IMG/VR virus record: IMGVR_UViG_3300034341_000592
Location: 1-28,570 of that record
DNA length: 28,570 nucleotides
Reading direction: 5' to 3' (one strand)
DNA from: a virus
Taxonomy: Duplodnaviria > Caudoviricetes
The translations under genes and the position numbers were made by a program. Every line of letters starts with the position of its first letter. Positions within the stretch are counted from its first letter, which is position 1. The notes under the pieces are model-generated. The model saw only the letters and a program-made list of their open reading frames with translations, did no database searches and had not been told where the DNA came from. Positions 14,834 through 24,223 of the stretch are shown in pieces.

Positions 14834-17800
14834 ACAATAACAAAACTGTATACATCTACACTTGATGAAGGCACCGTATTTCCATAACTGCTTGCAAAAA
14901 GAGCATTGTCATATTCGCACTGCTCCAAAGCTGTAAACGCTGCACTTCCTGTTGCCCCTCTAGCCCAATCATTACTCCCGCAAGTAGTTGTTCCACTGAT
15001 TCTAACACTAGCATTTGTTCTATCAATTTCTATAGCATTTGAGGAGTCTGCTGTAAGGGTAAGATCTTCCCATGTTCCATTATACAAATAATACCCATCT
15101 GTTGGAGCGCCCTCGTCAAACCATAATTCTACAAATTCCACATCAATTTCGTCATAGTTATTTGGCGCGTATATAGCCTCACGCCTTCTAACAGTGGATA
15201 CAACATTTCCAAAACTAACAGTGATAACCAAAGTATCTTGCGCACCACCGGCATCCCGCAGTCTAACAACTATTTCATAATCATCTACAGGAATACCTAT
15301 TTGAGATTCATCATTTATGACTTGACAAGTAGATAGCGAATTTGTATTTGATGTAATTAGCGAAAAATGAGATACAGAATTACCAGAACTTCCAGTTTGA
15401 GATGTAATTGTCCAAGTAAGATCTTTTCCAGAATGATTGCTGTTTCCACCGTTTTTGCCCGTGATAGTTAGGATAGTTGATGTAGACCTGCCTATTGTAC
15501 CAAGATCACCATCAGGCGAGCTCGTACCATTTGATGCAAATATTTCTGGCGTAATATTACCAAGTAAACCCTCTTTTGTTATTACAGTTGTTGTAGAATT
15601 ACTGCCGTCTGTTAACACCGCTTGAAAAGTAAAATCGAAGTTTCTTTTTCCTGCGGTAGCGCCATAATATATATTATTAAAAAAAGCAGATGTTGTTTGA
15701 ACATTGTAATTAAAAGCGCCATCATCTACTAAATTAAAATATGTTGTTACATTTTGTGGGGTTCCTTCTCTATCAAAAACACTTGAAAGAGTTAAAGAAG
15801 TTATTGTATTAGTATCAATATCTGCACCAAAATTATCAACTAACCTAAAATCTCCCGCAAGTATGTCTGCTCCGCTTGCAATATCTTCATCAAATGGCGA
15901 TGTATTAAAGCTGCTAAAAAATGCAACAGCACCACTTGAGGAATTTGCGTAAGCTGAGTTTAAATCTGAAACAAGACCAGCTGATGTAGTTTCCCAAAAT
16001 ATATCTAATTTTGACTCAACGGGTTCTGTTTCAAAAACAGCTAAATTTTCAATGGTTGCAAAAGGAGTTGCGGCATTAGCAGGGGTTCCAAACTGTAAGT
16101 CACTATTAAAACTTGTAGTAATCTCGCCAACTATTGGATTAGCAATATTATTATAAAATAAAAATATATTATCCCCACTTGTAATTGGAGGTGCTGAATT
16201 GTCATAATTAAACAAATCAAATAAGTCCTGTATATTATTTACAGTAAATGAATTTTTTGCCGGGTAAAATTGTTTATTACCAGTTACAGAAAATGAATAG
16301 CTAGGTATGCCGGTTGTATCTTCATTGTTAACACGGCCATATAAACGAACTGAACTTCTAAATGATTTATCCTGTGGACCAACTTCTGCTAAATCTCTAG
16401 GTACTTTATTTATATTATCATTTATAAGCGATACATAAGATGCTTCTCTTCCGTCTGTTGCATTAATAGCAGCATCACCTTTTAAAGCTCCAGGAGTATA
16501 AACATTGTAATACTCTTGTTCGGTTTGCTTTACAACTATTTTATAACTGTACCAACCTAACGGATTATAAGCAGGATCGTTAACATCCCCGTTATAAATA
16601 CCTGGTTCTAATGTACTACTTGAAAAATTATTATTTACTCCGGAAGTTATTAATTGATTAAATAAAACTTTTATTGATTGACCCCTCCACTCGTCAGGTG
16701 CAATTTCTTCCGTTATATATGGAGCATACACAGTTGACCCTAGATATGTTTCTGTACCAACTGTAATGGAGTTGGTACTATTAGAAAGTATAACTCCAGA
16801 TTGTCTTCCGTATCTATCTGATAAAACAAATCCAATTTGATATTGTCTGTTTGTTTTCAATGAGCTACTGGGGTATTCTACTAAGCTTGTTGATGTTTCA
16901 ACGTCGCCTTGAGCTGAAAACGAAAGAACAGTATTATTTGGTACAGAAATAGCGGTATCTACCACCAATGTAGAAGGCGGTGTAAAAGATGTTACTATAA
17001 CCGTTCCAGAAATGCCATTACCTGTAACAACTGCCCCCGGGTAAGGTTCGAATCCAGCAACAGGGCCTGATATATTATCAATATTTAATGTAGTTGCATC
17101 TACGTAGTCCCCGTCTACATCTGCAACCCCTGTTTTTAAATTAAAATTAGATTTTTCGGTGATTGCTACATTATAGTTTAAAGCCGGTGGTGGAGTGTGT
17201 TTTGTTTGGAAATTACCATATATTATTCTATTGCTAGCGACTTCTTGAGATAGAGCTCTAACTGGTATTTTATCGTATACTCTTATTAAGTCTTTTTCCG
17301 GTAAGGTTTTATATGGCTTTTTATTTGTGTAATTATATGTGTAGTATTCATCAGACCCAGTACTGCTTATTACAGAAATAGGTATTGTATCTATAACATT
17401 TACCGCTAACCCATCTGATTCTTTTGAAATAATATCAATTTCTTTTATAAGAAAATCTGATTCTATTGAGCTTGCGGCACCTGGAAGAGGTATTATTAAT
17501 TCAATATTATTAACTTTGTTTTCCATAAAGGCAACAATACTTGATTCAAACGCCTCTTGCTGATCTTCGTCAAAAAAGTAGCCGTCCTGCTTCGGAATAA
17601 AGCATGACTGCGTAAATGGTGCAAATATTGAATATTCACCATCATCAAATTTGAATCTATAGCTAAATCTTATAAATTTATTTTCTATAAATTTAGAATC
17701 ACCTAAATATGTAAGATCATAATATGGATTAGGAACGAATACTACTTTGTCAGTTGTTTGAAATGAAGCGCTACCTGATATTGTTAAAACGCCACTAGAC

Positions 17801-18600
17801 GTAACATATGACTGAACCTCTAGCCCCAAGTCTGTTAATAAACCATTTTCACTAAGCTTAGCAACACTTAATCCGTTTGTGGGCTCAGAATAAGCGCCAG
17901 GAAAAACTAACTCGTTTATTGTACCAGAGTTTCCACTCCAACTTACAATACCAGCCATTCCGCCATCTGGAAGAAATACACTTGAAACATCTTTCATTGT
18001 AGTTTCATATTGAATAGCAGATGAAGAATCAGTGTTTAACTTGTATAGCTCCATTGGTAAATACGGATTATATTTTGCAACAGATAGTTGATCTTCTGTT
18101 GTATAATATGATCCGCCTGCTGCTGATTCAATATTTATTTTTCTAGGCTGGTTTCTGTTATCTGTAAAAAATAATAATTCTTCTAAAATATTAACACCTG
18201 TTATTGGATATAGTTTAGAAAAATTTAAAAACGGACCTGTTACAAGTAGCGTAGCAGTGGCGTTGTTTATATCATATTGATATATATAATGATTTGAACC
18301 GGTGCCGGGGCCGGGACCATTGGTATACGCCTCTGAGCTATTGTCTGTTAAAAAAACAAATATTAATCCTCTTGCTTCATCTGTTAAAAAACCAATAGAA
18401 CTTAAATCTGACACGCCGCTTGGGGCAAAATTTACAACAGATATATTACCTAATATGTTTTCTAAAGCACCTTCGTCCGGGCCTTCTGATCTGCTAACTT
18501 GTGCATTGATAGCATGTCTGTATTCTCCAGACGGCAATAACCGCGCATCTAGGTCCTTGTTCATCTTCGATTTTATGAAGGCGTTTTTAGCTTCAGGCAT
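14830..18600 (-). CDS. Tail stabilisation/nozzle protein, N-terminal part, with inserted and C-terminal beta-rich domains
   Basis: The N-terminus KMNKDLDARLLPSGEYRHAIN, plus LLFFTDNRNQPRKIN, FSYRFKFDDGEYS, NRIIYGNF and SLKTNRQYQIGFVLSDRYGRQS, are characteristic of crAss-like stabilisation proteins. Confidence 0.7.
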   Translation of the reverse strand: MPEAKNAFIKSKMNKDLDARLLPSGEYRHAINAQVSRSEGPDEGALENILGNISVVNFAPSGVSDLSSIGFLTDEARGLIFVFLTDNSSEAYTNGPGPGTGSNHYIYQYDINNATATLLVTGPFLNFSKLYPITGVNILEELLFFTDNRNQPRKINIESAAGGSYYTTEDQLSVAKYNPYLPMELYKLNTDSSSAIQYETTMKDVSSVFLPDGGMAGIVSWSGNSGTINELVFPGAYSEPTNGLSVAKLSENGLLTDLGLEVQSYVTSSGVLTISGSASFQTTDKVVFVPNPYYDLTYLGDSKFIENKFIRFSYRFKFDDGEYSIFAPFTQSCFIPKQDGYFFDEDQQEAFESSIVAFMENKVNNIELIIPLPGAASSIESDFLIKEIDIISKESDGLAVNVIDTIPISVISSTGSDEYYTYNYTNKKPYKTLPEKDLIRVYDKIPVRALSQEVASNRIIYGNFQTKHTPPPALNYNVAITEKSNFNLKTGVADVDGDYVDATTLNIDNISGPVAGFEPYPGAVVTGNGISGTVIVTSFTPPSTLVVDTAISVPNNTVLSFSAQGDVETSTSLVEYPSSSLKTNRQYQIGFVLSDRYGRQSGVILSNSTNSITVGTETYLGSTVYAPYITEEIAPDEWRGQSIKVLFNQLITSGVNNNFSSSTLEPGIYNGDVNDPAYNPLGWYSYKIVVKQTEQEYYNVYTPGALKGDAAINATDGREASYVSLINDNINKVPRDLAEVGPQDKSFRSSVRLYGRVNNEDTTGIPSYSFSVTGNKQFYPAKNSFTVNNIQDLFDLFNYDNSAPPITSGDNIFLFYNNIANPIVGEITTSFNSDLQFGTPANAATPFATIENLAVFETEPVESKLDIFWETTSAGLVSDLNSAYANSSSGAVAFFSSFNTSPFDEDIASGADILAGDFRLVDNFGADIDTNTITSLTLSSVFDREGTPQNVTTYFNLVDDGAFNYNVQTTSAFFNNIYYGATAGKRNFDFTFQAVLTDGSNSTTTVITKEGLLGNITPEIFASNGTSSPDGDLGTIGRSTSTILTITGKNGGNSNHSGKDLTWTITSQTGSSGNSVSHFSLITSNTNSLSTCQVINDESQIGIPVDDYEIVVRLRDAGGAQDTLVITVSFGNVVSTVRRREAIYAPNNYDEIDVEFVELWFDEGAPTDGYYLYNGTWEDLTLTADSSNAIEIDRTNASVRISGTTTCGSNDWARGATGSAAFTALEQCEYDNALFASSYGNTVPSSSVDVYSFVIV

Positions 18601-19514
18601 TAGTTTTTGATTATTTTAGATTTATTTCTAAATACTTGTGAAATTTCCTCAAGTTTAATATTTGATAATCGTAATTTAGTATTACGTATTTTTGCGCGTC
18701 TTTCTTTTTTAAACCTTGCAACAATATATTCTGGTATATTAGGCCTAACAGAAATTAAAGCATAAATTATATAAGCATAAAACGCTTCTTCAGCCATTTT
18801 AGGCACTTTCATATCTTCAGTATAAGCCAAGCCGTCAGATATATATTCTAAAATTATTATTTTATCAACTAAATTACTAGAAAAAGAAAACTTACCCTCT
18901 CTTTCATTTATGGTAAACCAACCATTAATCTGTGTTGTTTCTGGATTTGCGCCAAATCTTTGCCCTACCAAAGTTCTGTATCCTGGGTCCACGTTTACAT
19001 CAGCATCATAAAGGTAAGGATCATAAACACCTGTTATTTTTTTAGTATCAGCAGATTCCCAATTTTCTTCTGTAATTGATGTACCTTCTAAATTTTCGCC
19101 ACTAATATCTTGCGTTGGTATACCTTGGCCATCTTGTATTGGTATTTCTGTTGGGTTACTAGTTAATCTAGTAGGGTATATAATGTGCTTAACGCCAAAA
19201 TCATCTATCCACGATGCTTTAACATAATTAACGTAGTCTTGTGGTATTGCAACAGTAAGATTATTTGGAATTGTGAGCTCTTGAGATTTAATGCTTTTAA
19301 GAGTGTCATAGCTAAACTCTTGCATAGCTCGCTTAGCGTGAAATATAATATCTGTTCTTTTTACAGAAGGCAACAATTTGCCATCACCAACATAGCTAAT
19401 TATAAAGTTATCAATTATATCATTTACTGATAAATATCTATAGCTACCATAATTATCACCGGTGTAATATTGCTCGTTAGTTTGGGTTATTAAACCTCCG
19501 TTTGGTGCTGCCAT
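18600..19514 (-). CDS. Tail tubular/ring (head-tail adaptor)-like structural protein, type B copy 1
   Basis: Sits immediately upstream of the nozzle gene. It has an IPQDYVNYVK motif and is paralogous to 20502..21074. Confidence 0.6.
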   Translation of the reverse strand: MAAPNGGLITQTNEQYYTGDNYGSYRYLSVNDIIDNFIISYVGDGKLLPSVKRTDIIFHAKRAMQEFSYDTLKSIKSQELTIPNNLTVAIPQDYVNYVKASWIDDFGVKHIIYPTRLTSNPTEIPIQDGQGIPTQDISGENLEGTSITEENWESADTKKITGVYDPYLYDADVNVDPGYRTLVGQRFGANPETTQINGWFTINEREGKFSFSSNLVDKIIILEYISDGLAYTEDMKVPKMAEEAFYAYIIYALISVRPNIPEYIVARFKKERRAKIRNTKLRLSNIKLEEISQVFRNKSKIIKN

Positions 19515-19517
19515 ATA

Positions 19518-20489
19518 TTAACTTTTAGAATTTACTTGTTCTGCTCTTACTGCCTGCGCTGCCACTTGCACTACTTGCGGGTCTCTTATTATAACACCAG
19601 CATATGCTAGTATTCTTAATACAATATTGGTTTGTTCTGACTCTATTAATTCAAACTGAGTTGAAACATTAGATGAATATAAATATTGACCTAAATTACC
19701 AGTAGAAAAACCCCAAACAACATCAGAGGGTTTTCTTATATAAGACACTTTTATATCATTAGCATTTGTTATGCTAGAGGGGTATATATACAAATGAGGG
19801 TTGCTTGTATTATTTCCGCTTGTGCCTTGAGTTGATCTTTCATACATATACACTGGAAAATTAGTAGTAGGCTGAGTATACGGCGAAGACGCTAAATACA
19901 GATATCTGTTTCTATCTACATGCTGTACCTCCGTTGTGTTATCATATATAACCGTTCCCAACTTGTATAAATCATTTGGAACAGAAAAATATAAATCGGG
20001 ATTAACAGAACTTATTGTTAAAATGCTATCCGTAGAACCCCCTGTTACTATTACCGTATTCCCTCCCAAATACCCTGAACCTCCCGATGCAACTGTAGCG
20101 GTTTGTATTACCCCGCCAGATGTTGTAATATTTACAGTAAACCCTGAGCCATCACCGCCAGTGGTAGCAACATTTGTACCGTTACTATATCCAGTCCCTC
20201 CGTCAGTAACAGTTGCTGTTAAAACTCTGCCGGCTGGTACCGTAAATGTATTACCAACTTGTTTAAATATAGATATAGCCTCATCTGTATTTTTTTGGCG
20301 GTTAGAATATTCATCATCTGTTTGGCGTGCGCGTAATTGTTGGTTTAAATTTTCAAAATAGCTTTCAAAAATTTCTAACTGTACCTGTGTTGCGGTTTTA
20401 TTAAACTCGTCTGGGGTCATATAACCCCGCTGTTCTTTATTTAAAATATATAAAACAGTTTGGTATACAGTATTTACGTTTATAGCCAT
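19518..20489 (-). CDS. Tail ring-like structural protein, type A copy 1, with Gly/Thr-rich insertion
   Basis: N-terminus MAINVNTVYQTVLYILNKEQRGYMTPDEFN, plus VPNDLYKLG and YIRKP motifs. Paralogous to 21078..21797. Confidence 0.6.
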   Translation of the reverse strand: MAINVNTVYQTVLYILNKEQRGYMTPDEFNKTATQVQLEIFESYFENLNQQLRARQTDDEYSNRQKNTDEAISIFKQVGNTFTVPAGRVLTATVTDGGTGYSNGTNVATTGGDGSGFTVNITTSGGVIQTATVASGGSGYLGGNTVIVTGGSTDSILTISSVNPDLYFSVPNDLYKLGTVIYDNTTEVQHVDRNRYLYLASSPYTQPTTNFPVYMYERSTQGTSGNNTSNPHLYIYPSSITNANDIKVSYIRKPSDVVWGFSTGNLGQYLYSSNVSTQFELIESEQTNIVLRILAYAGVIIRDPQVVQVAAQAVRAEQVNSKS

Positions 20490-20501
20490 TATTATTATTT
20501 A

Positions 20502-21074
20502 TTAAGAAGAAAAATTAGTAAAGACTAATCTTGACTTTGATTTTTCTAATTGTTTTGTTTTTTCAACCATTAACTTTTGCAATATTGCAGGAGCAGTGTC
20601 AGGCCGATTAGAAAGAATTGAATAAGCCATGCAGGTATACAATGCTTCCTCAGCTAACTTAGGTATAGCTGCTGATTCGTCTAGCGTAAGTATATTCGAT
20701 AAATACTTTACTGTATTAGTTCCTCCTGAACCTAATGTTATAGTATTATTATTGTAGTCTATAAAAAAATAACCACCGCTAACAGGTGGAGTTGAATATG
20801 ACTGTTCTTGTCGAAAGCCACCTGCTGTAACTTCTATTATTGAAACAAAGTCTTCTGGCAAATCAAGTGATGTATTTACACCGGTATAGTCTTTTGAAAA
20901 CTGACTTTTTATAGTATCATAAGCAAATTCTTGCAAACATCTTTTAGCATGCAAAACAACCTCCGTTCTTTTAAAATCGGGTATAAGCCTGCCGGTTCCT
21001 GTATAAGAAACTATAAAGTTGTTTACAGCCTCTTCTAAGGATATAAAACCATTTATTGAAGTAGTATCTGCCAT
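20502..21074 (-). CDS. Tail tubular/ring-like structural protein, type B copy 2 (shortened paralog)
   Basis: NNFIVSYTGTGRLIPDFKRTEVVLHAKRCLQEFAYDTIKS aligns with DNFIISYVGDGKLLPSVKRTDIIFHAKRAMQEFSYDTLKS of 18600..19514. IPKLAEEALY aligns with VPKMAEEAFY. Confidence 0.6.
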   Translation of the reverse strand: MADTTSINGFISLEEAVNNFIVSYTGTGRLIPDFKRTEVVLHAKRCLQEFAYDTIKSQFSKDYTGVNTSLDLPEDFVSIIEVTAGGFRQEQSYSTPPVSGGYFFIDYNNNTITLGSGGTNTVKYLSNILTLDESAAIPKLAEEALYTCMAYSILSNRPDTAPAILQKLMVEKTKQLEKSKSRLVFTNFSS

Positions 21075-21077
21075 GTG

Positions 21078-21797
21078 TTATTTTTGTGAATTTGCGGTTA
21101 CCTGCTGCTCTTTTTGCGCACCTAATGAAGCTGCTTCAGGATCATTACTTGTAACGCCTGCATAAGTTAATATTTTACTTACCAGCAAAGGTTCATCTGA
21201 TTCGTGTATTTCAAAGTTCGTAGATATATTGCTATTATAAACATAACTACCCAAATTAGAGTCTACATTAAAGCCCCATTCAGCTTGCACCGGCTTTTTC
21301 ATATAATTTATCCGTACAACCCCTGCTACTAAATTTGGATAAAAAGTAAAACTTTTATTTTCGTAAATATACACAGGATATGCAAATGATGGTGAAGTTA
21401 AAGACCCTTGATTAATAGTATATAAATCGTATCTGTTAATTCTTTCAATTCTTGATATAGCCTGAGTAGAGCCGTCTGTATAACTCAGTTCATCTATTTT
21501 GTAAAGATCAGAAGGTTGTATTGCGCTTGAAGAACCCGTGCTCCCAGTTTGAGATAAAGCACCGGTTTTTTGAAATAACGATATTTTTTCTTGTAGTAAT
21601 GCCATTCTGTCAGCATAAGCTAAATCAGTTTGTGGCATTCTTAACAATTGGTTATAATCGTCTAAATATTCTGTAAATATTTCTTGTTGTGCTTGATTAG
21701 CAATCTTATTAAATTCAGTAGGCAAAAGCGCACCTCTTTTTTCTTGTTCTAAAACTACGAGAACAGTTTTATATACTGAATTAATATTTATAGCCAT
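21078..21797 (-). CDS. Tail ring-like structural protein, type A copy 2
   Basis: MAININSVYKTVLVVLEQEKRGALLPTEFNK, PSDLYKI, YMKKP..WGF and STNFEIHESDE..LV.KIL.YAGV all align with 19518..20489. Confidence 0.6.
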   Translation of the reverse strand: MAININSVYKTVLVVLEQEKRGALLPTEFNKIANQAQQEIFTEYLDDYNQLLRMPQTDLAYADRMALLQEKISLFQKTGALSQTGSTGSSSAIQPSDLYKIDELSYTDGSTQAISRIERINRYDLYTINQGSLTSPSFAYPVYIYENKSFTFYPNLVAGVVRINYMKKPVQAEWGFNVDSNLGSYVYNSNISTNFEIHESDEPLLVSKILTYAGVTSNDPEAASLGAQKEQQVTANSQK

Positions 21798-21810
21798 ATT
21801 TTTATTTTAA

Positions 21811-21840
21811 TAAAGAGCGGCAACATAACGCTACCGCTCT
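21811..21840 (-). terminator. Stem-loop, probable (leaky) intrinsic terminator
   Basis: Minus strand AGAGCGGTAGC-GTTAT-GTTGCCGCTCT followed by TTATT. G.U pairs form only on the minus-strand transcript. Confidence 0.65.
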
Positions 21841-21856
21841 ATATTAATATCACGCG

Positions 21857-22681
21857 TTATGCAAACTTTTTCTCAATTGATTTATAAACCTCTACGCCTT
21901 CGTCTGTTTGCAAGAAGGCAGCAAAAGCTGAATATGGGTTTTCGTCAAATGGAACTGTCATAAGTTTTTTATCATTTGAAGCCCATGAAAAGACTCTTTG
22001 GTCTTGCGAAAGTTTAATGATATTTGCTTCTTTAGCTTTAATCGCAAAGTTACGAAGCTGCACATTTTCATCATTTGCAAGCTCTAAAAATAAACCTGGA
22101 TTTCTTTTAGCGAATAAAAGTAAATCTCTTTTTAATTCTTTTGAGCTCATGCTTGACACCGAACTTCCTAATTCAACACGCACTATAGCTTCAGCCATAT
22201 CAACATCCATAGACATTGCTGCGTTTAGTGCTTCAAGCTCAAATTCAATATTGTCAAGCTGATCGCCAGCTTCAACAACAGAATCATGCTCAAAATATCT
22301 TTTGCCTAAAAAAGGGTGGTATAAAGAAAGGAGTTTTTGTAATGCTTGTTGTTCTTTAGGCACAAATAAATGCCCGTTTTTAAACATAATATGCCCTAAT
22401 GTAACTTCGCCTTTTTGTTCATCTACAAACGGTGAGTTTTGATTGGTAGCATATCTAAGTTCTCTTTGCTCTTGTTTTTCCGGATCAAACCAAAGCATTT
22501 GTCTATGCCTTGAATGTTTTGCCGGCATTGCGAATGTTAGTGGAGACATGTCTACTAAATAATAATGCCTGTCTTTAACTTCCCATTTTGGTTTTGTTGG
22601 CTCTTTTTTTACAGTTTTAGCCTTAACTATTTCCTGAGGCGCAACCTCAATTGTTTCTTCTGCTGTAGCTTTTTTTGCCAT
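21857..22681 (-). CDS. Conserved phage protein downstream of the capsid gene (probable virion/capsid-associated protein)
   Basis: Intact 274-aa ORF directly after the MCP gene, with RELRYATNQ.SPFVDEQ and LKRDLLLFAK.NP motifs. The function is inferred from synteny only. Confidence 0.55.
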   Translation of the reverse strand: MAKKATAEETIEVAPQEIVKAKTVKKEPTKPKWEVKDRHYYLVDMSPLTFAMPAKHSRHRQMLWFDPEKQEQRELRYATNQNSPFVDEQKGEVTLGHIMFKNGHLFVPKEQQALQKLLSLYHPFLGKRYFEHDSVVEAGDQLDNIEFELEALNAAMSMDVDMAEAIVRVELGSSVSSMSSKELKRDLLLFAKRNPGLFLELANDENVQLRNFAIKAKEANIIKLSQDQRVFSWASNDKKLMTVPFDENPYSAFAAFLQTDEGVEVYKSIEKKFA

Positions 22682-22706
22682 GATATAATATAATAAAAGT
22701 TTTAAT

Positions 22707-22748
22707 AAAAATAAAAACTACCCCCGTAATTAAACGAGGGTAATTTTT
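22707..22748 (-). terminator. Intrinsic terminator after the major capsid gene
   Basis: Minus strand AAAAATTACCCTCGT-TTAATT-ACGGGGGTAGTTTTT followed by ATTTTT, starting 13 nt after the MCP stop. Confidence 0.8.
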
Positions 22749-22761
22749 AAAAGGATAATGC

Positions 22762-24204
22762 TTATTTCTTCAACAATACGAAGTTGTTAGCACCTTGAAC
22801 ACACAAACATCTTTCTGACAAGAAGTGTACGTTCATTGCGTCTTCGCTTGAAGTAAATGCTCCACCTACTGAACCTGTAATCCAAGTTTTAAGTCTTCGA
22901 TCATCAGCTTCAGAAGCACGGTAACGTACGTGAAGGAATGGTCGTCGAATATTAGTACCAAGGATTTGGTCATATACAGTAGAAGTACCAGCCGGAATAA
23001 GAACACCATCAATTGAGTCTTCTGAAGTAGTGCCGAAGCTATTATCAAAACCACGTGTTGAAGCGTCATTCAAGTATTTCCAGTCAGTCTTATAAAAATC
23101 ATAAGAACCTCTGCGGAAGCCAGTGAATCCAAGATTCAATGCCATTTCTTCAGAGTTTTCAAATAGTCCATAAGCTGTACCTCCATTTCCGCCAGCAGAA
23201 AGACCTGCAAGCATATCATCAAAAGCTAGATTAGTGGTACGATCTAAGAAAAGCATGTTTTCTTCAATAGCACCTTGCCCGTCTAGGTTTTTAAGGATTT
23301 CATCAAAAGAATCTAGGTCTGCTGGGAAAGCTGAATATACGTTTCCACGCTCAGTAATTGCAGAGAAAAGACCTTGTGTACCTTTGACATCTTGCGAGTT
23401 TGCAGAGATACCAGCCAGTGTGCCATCAGCTTTTTCAGCTTCGACCATAGTCATTTCTAAGTAATCTTGATAACGTAGTCTTGTTTCAGACTCAGCCTTT
23501 AGATACCATAGATATCCAGAAGTTCCGTCTTCAGTAGCAACTTCAACCCATCCAATCTGAGCAGTGTCAGAACCATTAATACCATAGTGGTCTTTAATGA
23601 TAATTGGTGAGTTGTTAAACTGAGTAAACTCAGGTTGTACTGAACCTTCCATTCCAGAAGTTCCTTTTCCAAATTCAGAACCAAATACAAATACTTTCAA
23701 AGCAGTCGCGTCAACAAGAACTTGTGGCCAAGCATCAACTCCAAAAGGGTGTGCTTCAACAGTTGTTCCTGTAACAGCGCTTACAAAAGCTTTAGATTCA
23801 GTGCCCGTAGCAGGGTCAAGAACTACGATTAATGCATTCTTGCGGATAGCGTGATGCTTTCCAGCTCCACCAACAATACTACTTCCTCCGTCAGCGTTGT
23901 CGCCGATAGTAATAGTAGCATCGCCAGTAGCAGCAATTGTACATGCGTTATAAGAAATATGTAAGCGATTTTGCTCACTCCAAATAACTTGGTCAGAAGT
24001 CATTGGCATCTCAGCGCCTACCATCTGAAGAAATCCAGAAAGCGTACGGTTTCCGTAGCGCTCTACTTCAGCTTCATAAATTTCAGGTAGATATTGTTGA
24101 GAAAAGTCATTACCAGCACCGCTTGTAAAATCAAGATAGTTTCCGGTACCAGTTTGTTTTGCGGCCGTTGGGATCAACGAACCATACAAAGGTGATAATG
24201 CCAT
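22762..24204 (-). CDS. Major capsid protein
   Basis: 480 aa, following the portal and scaffold-like genes and followed by a terminator. QQYLPEIYEAEVERYGNRT, WSEQNRLH, LNLGFTGFRRGSYDFYKTDWKYLND and the C-terminal FLSERCLCVQGANNF resemble MCPs of Bacteroidota podophages. Confidence 0.85.
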   Translation of the reverse strand: MALSPLYGSLIPTAAKQTGTGNYLDFTSGAGNDFSQQYLPEIYEAEVERYGNRTLSGFLQMVGAEMPMTSDQVIWSEQNRLHISYNACTIAATGDATITIGDNADGGSSIVGGAGKHHAIRKNALIVVLDPATGTESKAFVSAVTGTTVEAHPFGVDAWPQVLVDATALKVFVFGSEFGKGTSGMEGSVQPEFTQFNNSPIIIKDHYGINGSDTAQIGWVEVATEDGTSGYLWYLKAESETRLRYQDYLEMTMVEAEKADGTLAGISANSQDVKGTQGLFSAITERGNVYSAFPADLDSFDEILKNLDGQGAIEENMLFLDRTTNLAFDDMLAGLSAGGNGGTAYGLFENSEEMALNLGFTGFRRGSYDFYKTDWKYLNDASTRGFDNSFGTTSEDSIDGVLIPAGTSTVYDQILGTNIRRPFLHVRYRASEADDRRLKTWITGSVGGAFTSSEDAMNVHFLSERCLCVQGANNFVLLKK

Positions 24205-24223
24205 TTTGTTTTAATTTTAAGTT

